64,000 nucleotides of DNA, taken from positions 12,028,001 to 12,092,000 of the forward strand of contig NC_086109.1 in NCBI RefSeq assembly GCF_963921235.1, written 5' to 3'. Each line of letters begins with the position of its first letter. The first letter of the stretch is position 1. Below are positions 47,647 to 59,640 of the stretch, one piece after another. Both the position numbers and the translations under genes were made by a program. The notes below the pieces were generated by a model that made no database searches, was not told the DNA's origin, and was given only the letters and a program-made list of their open reading frames with translations. This DNA comes from Mobula hypostoma (lineage: Eukaryota).

Positions 47647-47803
47647 GGGGGACTTCCGGTAGCGCTCATGGAGTGAAGTCGCGTTCTTGACTCGCTCCAT
47701 TACCTCTGAGTTTTTTCTCTCTATGGTCAGCTATACTTTAATTAACTATTAAGGCATCAATTTTTACAATACTTTGAATTAAACTGAATTCTCTGACAAT
47801 TGG

Positions 47804-48703
47804 ATGATACTGAGATCGGCTATGTCTAAGAACGGGAAAGACGGCAAGGATGGTAAACCTCCGGTTAAACCGAAAGCTACGGATCTCCCTCCGACTGAAT
47901 CACCGGTGACTTTGAAAGCTATATCGGAGTTAATTCAGAGGGAAATTTCAACCTCTGTTAGGGAGATGATTCGTACAGAAATTATGGGCTCTGTTAAAGA
48001 CCTGATTCATATGGAAATCTCAACTAAGTTCCAGAAAATTGCCGATTTAATTGATAAGATGCAAACATGTATTGCGGAACATCAGTCGGCTATATCTGGT
48101 CTTCAAAAATCCGCGCAACAAAGTGAGCTTAAGATGGGGAAAGTCGAAGAAACAATTAATGTAATGAAGAAGAAACTTGACTTTTTGACTTTTAAAAACT
48201 CTGACTTGGAATCTAGAATGCGACGGCAGAATTTACGAATGATTGGCGTCAGGGAAGCCGTGGAAGCTAACAACCCTATGAAATATTTCTCCCAACTTTT
48301 AAAAGATGCATTCCCTACTGTATTTCCTGACCAACCACCGCTACTGGATCGTGTTCACAGAATCCCATCATACTCGTCTAGGTCAGATAGACCTAGGCAT
48401 GTTATCTTACGTTTTCATTACTTTCAAGACAAGGAGAGACTGTTTCGATTCGCTCGATCTAAAGGTTTCATTGATTTTTCGGATCTTAAGTTCCGATTCG
48501 TGGAAGATTTCAGTAAACCAATCTGGGACCAACGGGTCCGTTACAGATCCGTGATGTCGGAATTCTATAAGATGGATTTAAGACCAGCGCTGCTGTACCC
48601 TGCACGTCTAAGGATTCGCATGTTAGATGGAGCTCTTCGTTTTTTTGATTCTCCATCGGATGCCCAGAGTTATCTGGATCAACTTTCATCTTCAACATCT
48701 TAA
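47804..48703 (+). CDS. L1 ORF1p (coiled coil, RRM, CTD), 299 aa
   Basis: RRQNLRMIG, LDRVHR, PRHVILRF, EDFS, LLYPARLRI; the start could be the second ATG at 47822. Confidence 0.9.
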   Translation: MILRSAMSKNGKDGKDGKPPVKPKATDLPPTESPVTLKAISELIQREISTSVREMIRTEIMGSVKDLIHMEISTKFQKIADLIDKMQTCIAEHQSAISGLQKSAQQSELKMGKVEETINVMKKKLDFLTFKNSDLESRMRRQNLRMIGVREAVEANNPMKYFSQLLKDAFPTVFPDQPPLLDRVHRIPSYSSRSDRPRHVILRFHYFQDKERLFRFARSKGFIDFSDLKFRFVEDFSKPIWDQRVRYRSVMSEFYKMDLRPALLYPARLRIRMLDGALRFFDSPSDAQSYLDQLSSSTS

Positions 48704-49424
48704 TTGCCTTTTTTTAATTTTCTCCGTTGATCGGAGGCTGTGAATTGGTTGGTTTTAACTTTTCTGTGCCCTATTTGGGCAGAAAAGTTTACTTTCGATT
48801 TCTTAATATGGCTGCTAAACTTTCTTTTTAACTGCGTCATTTCTTTCTTTTCCCAGGGGATTCTGGGTGGTTACTTCCCTTTTGTCATCTTACGTATTTC
48901 CTGTGCGGCCTTAAATTTTGTAGTTTTTTTTAAATTTTATTCTGTTTTGCTTTTTATAATCATTTTATGTTAATAATCCTATTTTTTTTGTTGCTGTGTC
49001 TATTCATGAGTTTGAGGTTTATTGTGGTTTTTTTTTAATATATACTTTCCGGCTTTTGTTCTGTTCTGTGTGTATTTTAATTGAGCTAACTTTTTTTTAC
49101 TTATTTTTTTTACTGTTTTACAATTAGCTGATCCTTTTCATATTTATACCTTTTTTTTAGGGAGCGTATACCGGAAGTCATGGGGGTAGTTTTAGCGCTT
49201 GCTTCTTTCTGGCGGGTCTGCTTTAGATTTCGCCTTGGGGTCCTGGGGTGGGGGGCGGTGGGAGGGGCTTCACGTTTTAGTTTGTTTCTCTTTGGGCTAT
49301 ATACATTATTGAAGTATTGGTTGCGTCCTTTTCCCCGGTATCTTTTGTATGTTCTGTTTCCTCTCCGGGTTTGTGGGTCGCGCCTATTGTCAATCTTCCT
49401 TGTTATGGGTTGACTTTAGGATTT

Positions 49425-52400
49425 ATGGAGTCTATTATTAATTTTGTCTCCTGGAATACTAATGGTCTTAATCATCCTATTAAAAGGAAAAAAGTTTTTA
49501 AAGTGTTCCGGAGACTTAAAGCACAAATTTTATTTTTACAAGAGACCCATGTACGGAGGGGGGACAGACTACGTTTTTTCAAATTTTGGAAGGGACAACA
49601 ATTTCATTCGAACTCCAATGCTAAGATTCGAGGCGTCTCTATCTTTATAGACTCCTCAGTTACTTTTATACAACAGGATATTATCTCTGATCCGAATGGT
49701 AGATTTTTATTGGTTAGTGGTTTATTATTTAATAAAAAAGTAGTCTTGGTTAATGTTTATGCTCCTAATATGGATTGTCCGGAATTTTATAAATCATTGT
49801 TTGATCAGTTTCCGAATTTGAACGAGTTTTCATTGATTTGGGGCGGAGATCTTAATACCTGTTTATCTCCAGCTTTGGACCGTTCGGCTCCTTTACGGAC
49901 TTTACCTAATAAATCTGCAAATTTGATTAATTTTTTCCTTTCTGATTCTGGGTCGACGGACATTTGGCGTTTTCTGCATCCTCAGGAAAAAGATTTTTCC
50001 TTCTTTTCACATGTTCATCATTCCTATTCAAGAATTGATTATTTTTTCATTGATTCTCGTCTCATTCCTTCAGTGATTAAATGTGATTATGATTCTATAA
50101 CCATTTCGGATCATGCTCCACTTAAGCTTTCTATTAAAATTATGGCCAATATACCAAACAATAGACAATGGCGTTTTAATTCGCTGTTGCTTCAGGACTC
50201 GGACTTTGTTAATTTTATGAATGAACAGATTGAGCTTTTTTTCACAATTAACCATACAGAAGATATTTCGGTTAACACTCTTTGGGACACTTTTAAAGCC
50301 TATATTCGGGGTCAGATTATTTCGTATTCCGTTGCTTTGAGGAAGAAACAGAAGCAGGAGGAGATGGTAATTGTGGACAAGATTAAAGAAATTGATAAGA
50401 AATATGTTATGGCTCCTTCTGAGGAGCTATACAAACAAAGAACTGAACTTCAAATGGAACACAGTTTACTACTCTCGTCCTCGATTGTAAACCAATTAAA
50501 GAAAACAAGAAGTGATTTTTATGTTCACAGTGATAAAATTGGCAAGCTGCTGGCTAATCAATTGAAATCTAATTATGTTAAATCTCAAATCAATCAGATT
50601 TATAACCAAAATGATCGATTGATATTGGATCATGTGGGGATTAATCAAACCTTTTGTGATTTTTATTCTTCTTTATATCAATCAGAGTCTCCTCGAGATT
50701 CTAAATATATGAATGATTTTTTAGATAAGTTAGACTTCCCTCTGATTTCACAGGATATGTCTTCTTTATTAGATACTTCCATTACAATGGATGAGATTAA
50801 GAATGTTATTTTTTCTATGAATCTGGGGAAAGCTCCTGGCCCTGATGGGTTTACCGTTGAATTTTATAAATGTTTTGCTTCTTTATTGATTCCTTGGCTC
50901 TATAAGGTTTTTGAGGCTTCTTTGAAACTTGGTAAACTTCCGGAATCTTTTAATAGAGCATCAATTTCTTTAATACTAAAGAAGGATAAAGACCCTGCTC
51001 AATGTGCATCTTATAGACCAATATCTTTATTAAATGTTGATTCTAAAGTTTTTTCTAAGTTATTAGCAAATAGACTAGAAAAAGTACTTCCTTCTATTAT
51101 TTCGGAAGACCAAACGGGTTTTATTAAAGGTCGTTACTCTTTTTATAATATTCGTACATTGTTAAATATCGTTTATACTCCCTCACAAAATGTTCCTGAG
51201 TGTGTTATTTCTTTAGATGCCGAGAAAGCTTTTGATAGAGTAGAATGGCCTTATTTATTTAAGGTGCTTGAAATGTTTAATTTTAGCTTGAAATTTATAT
51301 CCTGGATTAAACTGTTATATCACTCCCCTGTAGCCTCGGTTCGTACTAACTCCTTAAACTCACCTTTTTTTCCTCTCTTTCGTGGTACTCGACAAGGCTG
51401 TCCTCTTAGTCCCCTATTATTTGATATTGCATTAGAACCTCTTGCAATTGCTATTCGAGAATCTTCAAATATTACTGGGATAACTCGGGGATTAAAGTCC
51501 CATAAATTATCACTCTATGCTGATGATTTACTTTTATATATTTCTAATCCTGAGAGATCCATTCCTGCTGTTTTAGAGTTATTAGCACAATTTGGTCTTT
51601 TCTCAGGTTATAAATTAAATCTTAGTAAGAGTGAACTTTTTCCGATTAATAAACATCTTCCCTTATATTATAAATTTCCATTTAAATTGATTAATAATTA
51701 CTTTTCATATCTTGGGATTAAAATTACTTGTAAACATAAAGATTTATTTAAGACTAACTTTTTACCATTAATAGACCATATTACTCAACTTTCATCTAAA
51801 TGGTTTCCCTTATATTTAACTTTGATTGGTCGTATTAATGCAGTTAAGATGTTTTTTTTGCCAAAATTTTTATATGTGTTTCAGGCATTACCAATTTTCG
51901 TTCCTAAATCTTTTTTTGATAAAGTTGACTCTAAAATTTCTTCATTTATTTGGCAGAATAAGAATCCGAGACTGGGTAAAATACATTTACAGAAAGCTAA
52001 GAGAGATGGAGGTTTAGCATTACCTAACTTTAGATTTTATTATTGGGCTATTAATATTCGACATATGAAATTTTGGTTACTTGACCGGGACATACTATCT
52101 ATTCCTAAATGGGTAGCATTGGAATTACAATCTGTTCAGGGTTATACACTTGGTTCTATTTTAGGTTCCTCTCTTCCTTTTGATTCGAAACGTCTTAAGC
52201 AGGTCTCTAACCCGATAGTTAAATATGCTTTGCGCATTTGGTTTCAATTCAGAAAATTTTTTGATCTTAATCAATTCGGGTTAGCGATTCCTATTTTAGG
52301 TAACATATTTTTTCCTCCCTCTTTTACGGATCGCGCTTTTCAAACTTGGAAGACTAAGGGTATTTTACGGTTTTTGGATTTATTTTTAGATGGTTCCCTT

Positions 52401-53201
52401 ATGTCTTTTGAACAATTATCTAATAAATATAACTTATCAAGAATACATTTTTTTAGATATTTACAAGTTAGAAATTTCCTAAGTACTATACTTTCTTCCT
52501 TTCCAATGCTTCCTCCTATATATATTTTAGATTCGATAATTAACCTTAATCCATGTCAGAAAGGTGCATCGGCTATGATTTATAATATTATTATGAAACT
52601 TAGGAAAGCTCCATTTGATAAGATTAGGGTAGATTGGGAACAGGAATTGGGGCTTACCATTTCTGTGGATGATTGGGGGCAGATTTTACAATTAGTTAAT
52701 ACTTCCTCTATTTGTGCTAAACATTCCCTAATTCAATTTAAAGTGGTTCATAGAGCACATATGTCCAAAGATAAGTTAGCGCGTTTTTACTCGCATATTA
52801 ATCCTTTCTGTGATAGATGTTCGGGGCAGATAGCCTCTTTAACTCATATGTTTTGGTCTTGCCCTACTTTGGAAACTTTTTGGAGAGATATTTTCAATAT
52901 TATTTCTAAGGTATTAAATATAGATATCTCTCCTCACCCTATTACTGCTATCTTTGGACTACCTAAAATTTCTAGTAATCTTTCCCCTTCAGCCCGTAGA
53001 ATGATTGCATTTCTTACTTTAATGGCGAAAAGATGTATTTTACAACATTGGAAAGAGCTTAATGCTCCAACTACCTTTTTTTGGTTTTCTCAGACGATTT
53101 TATGTTTGAATCTGGAGAAAATTAGAAGTAACCTTTATGATTCTTCATTTAAATTTGAACAGATTTGGGGACCTTTTATTCGATATTTTCATTTAATGTA
53201 A
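49425..53201 (+). CDS. L1 ORF2p (APE endonuclease, RT, CCHC), 1258 aa from ATG
   Basis: SWNTNGL, LQETH, GDLN, SRIDY, SDH; KAPGPDG, YRPISLLN, QGCPLSP, YADD; CDRC...HMFWSC; uninterrupted. Confidence 0.95.
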   Translation: MESIINFVSWNTNGLNHPIKRKKVFKVFRRLKAQILFLQETHVRRGDRLRFFKFWKGQQFHSNSNAKIRGVSIFIDSSVTFIQQDIISDPNGRFLLVSGLLFNKKVVLVNVYAPNMDCPEFYKSLFDQFPNLNEFSLIWGGDLNTCLSPALDRSAPLRTLPNKSANLINFFLSDSGSTDIWRFLHPQEKDFSFFSHVHHSYSRIDYFFIDSRLIPSVIKCDYDSITISDHAPLKLSIKIMANIPNNRQWRFNSLLLQDSDFVNFMNEQIELFFTINHTEDISVNTLWDTFKAYIRGQIISYSVALRKKQKQEEMVIVDKIKEIDKKYVMAPSEELYKQRTELQMEHSLLLSSSIVNQLKKTRSDFYVHSDKIGKLLANQLKSNYVKSQINQIYNQNDRLILDHVGINQTFCDFYSSLYQSESPRDSKYMNDFLDKLDFPLISQDMSSLLDTSITMDEIKNVIFSMNLGKAPGPDGFTVEFYKCFASLLIPWLYKVFEASLKLGKLPESFNRASISLILKKDKDPAQCASYRPISLLNVDSKVFSKLLANRLEKVLPSIISEDQTGFIKGRYSFYNIRTLLNIVYTPSQNVPECVISLDAEKAFDRVEWPYLFKVLEMFNFSLKFISWIKLLYHSPVASVRTNSLNSPFFPLFRGTRQGCPLSPLLFDIALEPLAIAIRESSNITGITRGLKSHKLSLYADDLLLYISNPERSIPAVLELLAQFGLFSGYKLNLSKSELFPINKHLPLYYKFPFKLINNYFSYLGIKITCKHKDLFKTNFLPLIDHITQLSSKWFPLYLTLIGRINAVKMFFLPKFLYVFQALPIFVPKSFFDKVDSKISSFIWQNKNPRLGKIHLQKAKRDGGLALPNFRFYYWAINIRHMKFWLLDRDILSIPKWVALELQSVQGYTLGSILGSSLPFDSKRLKQVSNPIVKYALRIWFQFRKFFDLNQFGLAIPILGNIFFPPSFTDRAFQTWKTKGILRFLDLFLDGSLMSFEQLSNKYNLSRIHFFRYLQVRNFLSTILSSFPMLPPIYILDSIINLNPCQKGASAMIYNIIMKLRKAPFDKIRVDWEQELGLTISVDDWGQILQLVNTSSICAKHSLIQFKVVHRAHMSKDKLARFYSHINPFCDRCSGQIASLTHMFWSCPTLETFWRDIFNIISKVLNIDISPHPITAIFGLPKISSNLSPSARRMIAFLTLMAKRCILQHWKELNAPTTFFWFSQTILCLNLEKIRSNLYDSSFKFEQIWGPFIRYFHLM

Positions 53202-53560
53202 TATTTACCCTTCTTGTTTTTTCTTCACTGTTTTAATGGAGGTCGGGATTGAGGACGTGATTTTAAGTTTAACTCTGTTTGGTTTCAAGTTAGCCCATTG
53301 CTTTGCTTTGCTTTTAGTTAGTTGCACGGTGGGTTTTTTTTTGGGGTTTTTTTTTTCTTTTTTTTTCCATTGATATATATAAAATCTAGTATACTATTAT
53401 GTTATCTTGGTTTCTTATGCTTAAATTACATTGTTTGTAGTATTTTCTTTTTGGTATTGTTATCTTTTGGAATTTTATTATACTTTAACATTGTATTAAT
53501 GTTTATATGGCTTACCTTTTTTGTATACTTACTCAATAAAAAGATTTAAAAAGAAAGAAA

Positions 53561-54749
53561 CAAAAGGCTTTTGACAAGGTCCCACACAGGAGATTAGTGT
53601 GCAAACTTAAAGCACACGGTATTGGGGGTAAGGTATTGGTGTGGGTGGAGAATTGGTTAGCAGACAGGAAGCAAAGAGTGGGAATAAACGGGACCTTTTC
53701 AGAATGGCAGGCGGTGACTAGTGGGGTACCGCAAGGCTCAGTGCTGGGACCCCAGTTGTTTACAATATATATTAATGACTGGATGAGGGAATTAAATGCA
53801 GCATCTCCAAGTTTGCAGATGACACGAAGCTGGGTGGCAGTGTTAGCAGTGAGGAGGATGCTAAGAGGATGCAGGGTGATTTGGATAGTTTGGGTGAGTG
53901 GGCAAATTCATGGCAGATGCAATTTAATGTGGATAAATGTGAAGTTATCCACTTTGGTGGCAAAAATAGGAAAACAGATTGTTATCTGAATGGTGGCCGA
54001 TTAGGAAAAGGGGAGGTGCAACGAGACCTGGTGTCATTATACACCAGTCATTGAAAGTGGGCATGCAGGTACAGTAGGCGGTGAAAAAGGCAAATGGTAT
54101 GCTGGCATTTATAGCGAGAGGATTCGAGTACAGGAGCAGGGAGGTACTACTGCAGTTGTACAAGGCCTTGGTGAGACCACACCTGGAGTATTGTGTGCAG
54201 CTTTGGTCCCCTAATCTGAGGAAAGACATCTTTGCCATAGAGGGAGTACAAAGAAGGTTCACCAGATTGATTCCTGGGATGGCAGGACTTTCATATGAAG
54301 AAAGACTGGATGAACTGAGCTTGTACTCGTTGGAATTTAGAAGATTGAGGGGGGATCTTATTGAAACGTATAAGATCCTAAAGGGATTGGACAGGCTAGA
54401 TGCAGGAAGATTGTTCCCGATGTTGGGGAAGTCCAGAACGAGGGGCCACCGTTTGAGGATAGAGGGGAAGCCTTTTAGGACCGAGATTAGGAAAAACTTC
54501 TTCACACAGAGAGTGGTGAATCTGTGGAATTCTCTGCCACAGGAAACAGTTGAGGCCAGTTCATTGGCTATATTTAAGAGGGAGTTAGATATGGCCCTTG
54601 TGGCTACGGGGGTCAGGGGGTATGGAGGGAAGGCTGGGGCGGGGTCCTGAGTTGGATGATCAGCCATGATCATAATAAATGGCGGTGCAGGCTCGAAGGG
54701 CCGAATGGCCTACTCCTGCACCTATTTTCTATGTTTCTATGTTTCTATG
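53561..54749 (+). mobile_element. CR1 RT, 3' part (continuation of the host) with (TTTCTATG)n tail
   Basis: Resumes ...KAFDKVPH; PQGSVLGP; frameshifts present. Confidence 0.92.
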
Positions 54750-54966
54750 ATATTCTCCCACTGCCAACAAGCTCTGTGCTAACTGCTTCATCTGTGGCTC
54801 TTATTTACATCTCCTGTGCTTCTGGAAGTAATTTCCTGTGATTCTGTGATTTCCTGTAATTTCTGGTTCAGCCCACAATTCATCAAAATCCCCTCACTTG
54901 AGTATTATCACTCAGTCCTGCTAGCATTTTAACATCTTCACAAATTTCTATAATTTGTTGAAAATT

Positions 54967-55240
54967 AGATAGATAGATACTTTATTGATTCCAAAGGAAT
55001 CAATCCCAGTGTCACAGTCGCATTACAAGCGCACAGATAAAAATATTAGAATAGAAGTAAAATTAAAAAAAAGTTACCACAAGCAGTCTGGAAGGGGGTC
55101 ATCACATCCACAGCTATATGTTGACTCATAGAGCCTAATGGCCGAGGGTAAGAATGACCTCATATTGCGCTCTTTGGAGCAGTGCAGTTGTCTTAGTCTA
55201 TTACTAAAAGTACTCCTCTGTACAGCCAAGATGCCATGCA
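54967..55240 (-). mobile_element. Rex1-type LINE 3' end with (ATCT)n tail
   Basis: SKERNMRSFLPSAIRLY; tagatagatagatactttattg. Confidence 0.75.
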
Positions 55241-56399
55241 GCACGTACTGTTTTTGTTTTATGTACTTTGCGAACTTCAAACATTTGGATGTCTGATATC
55301 ATCTGTGATTGTGATTGTGTCTGTGATTTCTAATCGGTCTTCCTTCTGCATAATTCCTCATTTATATTCTAAGAAAACAGTTCACTTCAGACAACTATTT
55401 AGGTAATGAGACCTGGGTGACGGATGACAGGTCTGCTCTGAACAAAGCTCAGCACTGTGGCGGTCACACTTGGTGACCCTGAGCTCTGCAAGAAATCGGT
55501 TCATGACCTTTATAAAGTAATCGGCAATGCTGAGACACAAAACCAGTCCTAAACTGATTCCCAGACTGGCTGTCAGATGCGGCAGGGTTTAATTGTGATA
55601 ATAGGCTACAAGATGAAGCAGTATGTTTGGTCACACCACATCCCAATGAAACTTATGCATTCTAAGCACGTTTTCAACAGAAAGGGTTTGGAATATCATC
55701 ACTTGCCCTGACAGCCTCCAAATGCTCCTGAACCTACAGTCACCATTGCACACCTCCAATAAATCTTGAGACTGAACCCACAGAATGCACCTGGACCTGC
55801 TGGGGGGCCCTGTGGTCAGCATGGACAGACTGGGCCGAAAGGCCTTTATCCATGTTGTATTGCTCTGTAACTCTACGAGATCGTTGTGAGTGCTGAACTG
55901 AGTCACATGGACACTGAACATGTGAGATACAAAAGAACTTTATTCAACACAGCAGATCTAGAGAATCTATTTCTGCTCTCTCCACATAAAACAGTAGTGA
56001 TGTTTTATACTTTGTAAACAAAAGACAGATTTCACTGCATTTTAATAGCTGTCATTGCCTAACCCATAAATTTAATTTTGAAAATACACAGGCAATTTTT
56101 GAAGAATTGTAGATTTACAATGGAAGTACATCACAGTGAACAGCACATCTAAATTTTAATATACTAGTGGCTGGACCAGGAGTTTCTGAGCATATATACA
56201 CACCAAGAGCCCAAAATATATATCTTTTATTACAGAGTTGAGCAATGACCCTCGGCTATACAAAGGTAGGTATATGCCTTTAACTGTGCTTATAAAGGAG
56301 AAGACCACCTAATGTCTGCACTGATTTTATCCTGAAGGTTTCATTATGTGCCGTTTAATATCACCATTCATCTATTGTCTTACTTGTGGTGTACGGAAT

Positions 56400-56835
56400 C
56401 AGATGTGGCCACCCTTGGTGTGGAGCAGCAACAATATACATTCTGTTTGGGTAGCCTGAAACGATGGAATGAATATTGACTTCTAATTCCCATTTTTAAA
56501 AAATTCCCTCCCCTTCCCCTCTTTTTTATTCCCCTCTCTGGTTTCTCACCTGCCTATAACTTCCCCCTTGGTCCCCTTCTCCTTCCTTTTCTCTGATGGT
56601 CTACTGTTCTCTCACACATCAGATTCCTGCTTCTCCAGCCCTTACTCTTTCCAACCCCCCTGGTTTCACCTATCACCTGCCAGCTATGCTCCTTCTCCTT
56701 CCCCCGCATTTCTATTCTGCCACCTTCCCCCTTCTTTTCCAGTCCTGATGAAGGGTCGCGGCCCAAAGTGTCAACTGTTTGTTCACTCCGATGGATGCTG
56801 CCTGACCTGCTGAGTTCCCCCAGCATTTTTTGTGT
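56400..56835 (+). mobile_element. Penelope-like 3'/terminal repeat fragment
   Basis: GIY-YIG-associated remnant (gaggagcaacac.tcatattc-like) followed by cagtcCTGATGAaggg...ggatgctgcctgacctgctgagttc. Confidence 0.6.
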
Positions 56836-56984
56836 GTTGCTTCAGAATCAGAACGTCCCACACTCAATGATTGGTTTCAAAACCCTTCGACAATCAGTGG
56901 ATTACATTTTATTTCAGGAAGCTTTGTTCCCACTTTTAATTAATACCAACTATGTCTATAATTTCATAACTCCAGAATAATACA

Positions 56985-58130
56985 TGACAGTGAAGAAAAT
57001 GATTGATGATGGGAGTGCGGTGGATGTTGTAGACATGGTCTTTTGTAAATCTTTTGACATGGTCCCTCATACTATGTTGGTCCACAAAATTAAGTCACAT
57101 ATGATCCAGAGTGGGTTTGTAAGTTAGAAACAAAGTTGGAATGTTGATAGACAACTGAGACCAGTGCTAGAGGGGTGATTATCTGACTGGAGGCCTGTGA
57201 CCAGTGGAGCTTTGTAAGGTTCAGTGCCTGGACCTCTGTTACTTATAATAGATATAAATGATTTTCATGAAAATATAGGTACTTTTGTAGAGAAAACAAA
57301 ACTGTGGATAGTGAGGAATGTGGTCAAAGGATACAGCAGTATATAGATCAGCTGGGAGTTTGGGCAGAGAAGAGACAGATAGACTTCAAATCACACAAGC
57401 ATGAGGCGTTGCATTTTGAGAGGTCAAACGTAAGACAAAATTATGCAGTAACTGGCAGGACCCTTTGGAGCACTGATCTACAATGGGATTGTGGCATGCA
57501 AGTCCACAGCTCCCGAAAGTAACAATGCAAGTGAACAGGGCAGTAAAGGCGGTGTATGGCATGCTTGCCAACATTGAGTATGAAAGTTGGAAAGTCATGT
57601 TGCAACTGTATAAAACTTCAGCACTATTTGGAGTAACTGTGTGTAGTTTTAGTCTTCATGCTATAGAAAGAATGTGGAGAGTTGGAGATGGTGCAGTAGA
57701 GGTTAACCATGGTTTGGCCTGGATTAGAGTGTAATAGCTATATGGAGAGCGTGGACAAAGTTGGAGTGTCAGAGCCTGAGGGGCGACCTGTTGGAAAGGT
57801 GTGTAAGATTATGACAGGCATAGACAGGGGAGATAGTCATAGTTCCCTGGGTAAATGTATAAAATAATAAAGGACTTACATTTAAGGTGAGCACAGGAAA
57901 TCTTTGAAGGAGATGTGAGAGATTATTTTTACACAGGGAGTATAAATGGTGCCTGGAATGGTCTACCAAGGGATGTGGTGGAAGCAGATACAATAGCAAC
58001 ATTGAAAGGTATTTCAACAGACACATGGACAGGTACGAACATGTGCAGGCAGATGGGATTAGTTAGATTGGAATAATGGTCAGCACAGGGAGGGTGAGTC
58101 AAAGAGCATTTCTCTGTGTTATACCCTGAT
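56985..58130 (+). mobile_element. Old CR1 RT/3' fragment
   Basis: gcggtggatgttgtagacatgg...tggaggcctgtgaccagtgg...degenerate 3' end. Confidence 0.75.
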
Positions 58131-59053
58131 ATGATCTAAATTCAATACTTTTTGTTTCACTGAAATGGCCTCTGAAAGTGAGAAAATAGACTTTCAGTCA
58201 GACTCATATAGCAATCTCTCATGAAATAACAAACTCAAAATCAACAGAATCTTTCTGGGAAAACTTGGCTGTACTCAGTCCATTGTAAGTCTATCCTTCC
58301 TCAGGTGGGATGAACCAGACCTATACAAAATGGTCCAGATGCAGTCTTAACAGAGCTCTATATAATTGGAACATGATAATCACTCTGTTAGTATTTAAAT
58401 AGCTGAAAGAAATTATAACTGAAGAGGGGGTGTTGGGAGTGGGGTGCCAGAGTGTATATTGTAGAAGTCAGAATGAGGGACAAGAGCATTTTAACATCTG
58501 TAGAGATGATCGAGCCTTCAAGGGGACCACAATTTTGTCGTGGCTTGGAGGCTTGTGTGCCTCAAGACCCGGAGAGCTATGTTGACTGGATTCAAGGCAT
58601 TATGCTTTGGCTCTTGATAGGGTTACACTTCCAAACAGCTCAAAGGGTAGACAATCAGGGTGATCCACCAGTCCTCCAGCTTCGGTGCGTTCAGATCGGG
58701 CCTGACAAACCTGACTGGTAAAACAAGACTGTTACAGAAACAGCAATTGAAAATTCCTTCTGTATCTGAGTGTGATGGTATTCTTGAAACTCCGCCCAGG
58801 ACTTGCATGATGACCAGTAGTGAAAACTGAGAGGAAGCTACTGACATGATGAAGGAAACCCTGAACACCACCAGAGACGGAGGACCTGCGCTGCTGCCCC
58901 AAACGCAGCGGCGTAACGGGCAGTCACACAGAGATGATCTGGACTCAGACCCTCATTGCCAATGAAGAGGAACTGGAAAGCAGGGTGTGTGGAAGAAGCA
59001 GCTCAGAATCAGCTTGACAAAGTAATTACGTGGATAGATTCAGGCAGAAGAGT

Positions 59054-59335
59054 TACACTCAGTGGCCACTATATTAGGTACATCTGTACATCTGCTCGTC
59101 AGAGTAAATACCTAATCAATCATGTGGCAGCAACTCGATGCATGAAAGCATGCATGTCGGCATGTTGTGCATTGAGGAGTGTTCTTCTACAACCACTGCT
59201 GTAACAAATGGTAATTTAACTTACTGTCAACGGAACCTCTTGTTCATATCTGCATGCTTTTATGCATTGAGTTGTTACATGACTGGCCGATCAGATATTT
59301 GCATTAACAAGCAGGTGTACAGGTGAACTGAATAA
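59054..59335. mobile_element. Tc1-like MITE remnant just downstream of the inhibitory-receptor stop
   Basis: TA|CACTCAGTGGCCACTATATTAGGTAC TIR; same family as 5890-6436. Confidence 0.65.
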
Positions 59336-59391
59336 AAAACCTAACTCTTCTGCCTCAATCTAGCCATATAATTATTTTGTCAAGCTTATTC

Positions 59392-59640
59392 CTAGTCTTG
59401 TGGAGTAGGAGGAGAGAAAACTTTCCGTTTTGGCTTTGCGCAATGGGTTTGAAATTTGATATCTGCATAGGTGACGTTGTCCTCATCAGTAACGGAGTAG
59501 ACTGCTCTTGATTTCTTTTTAAATTTCACATCTACATACACAATTCCAGTTTCATTTTTGGCCGACTGGACAGCCGCCTCATTGTTTCGAACATGGTGTA
59601 GATCTGTATAAACGACATTTTCTTCCAACGTGGCCATTTC
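59392..59640 (-). CDS. Terminal cytoplasmic exon of an inhibitory receptor, 3 ITIMs
   Basis: tttatttcag acceptor, phase 0; EMATLEENVVYTDL...GIVYVDV...AVYSV...NVTYADI...PQD*. Confidence 0.9.
   Translation of the reverse strand, partial: EMATLEENVVYTDLHHVRNNEAAVQSAKNETGIVYVDVKFKKKSRAVYSVTDEDNVTYADIKFQTHCAKPKRKVFSPPTPQD

Larger units (their letters stand above)
47647..53560 (+). mobile_element. Full-length L1-clade LINE (5914 bp), both ORFs intact, 15-bp TSD
   Basis: TSD CAAAAGGCTTTTGAC at 47632-47646 and 53561-53575; CpG-rich 5' UTR; ~720-nt T-rich inter-ORF spacer; AATAAA plus A/GAAA tail. Confidence 0.96.
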
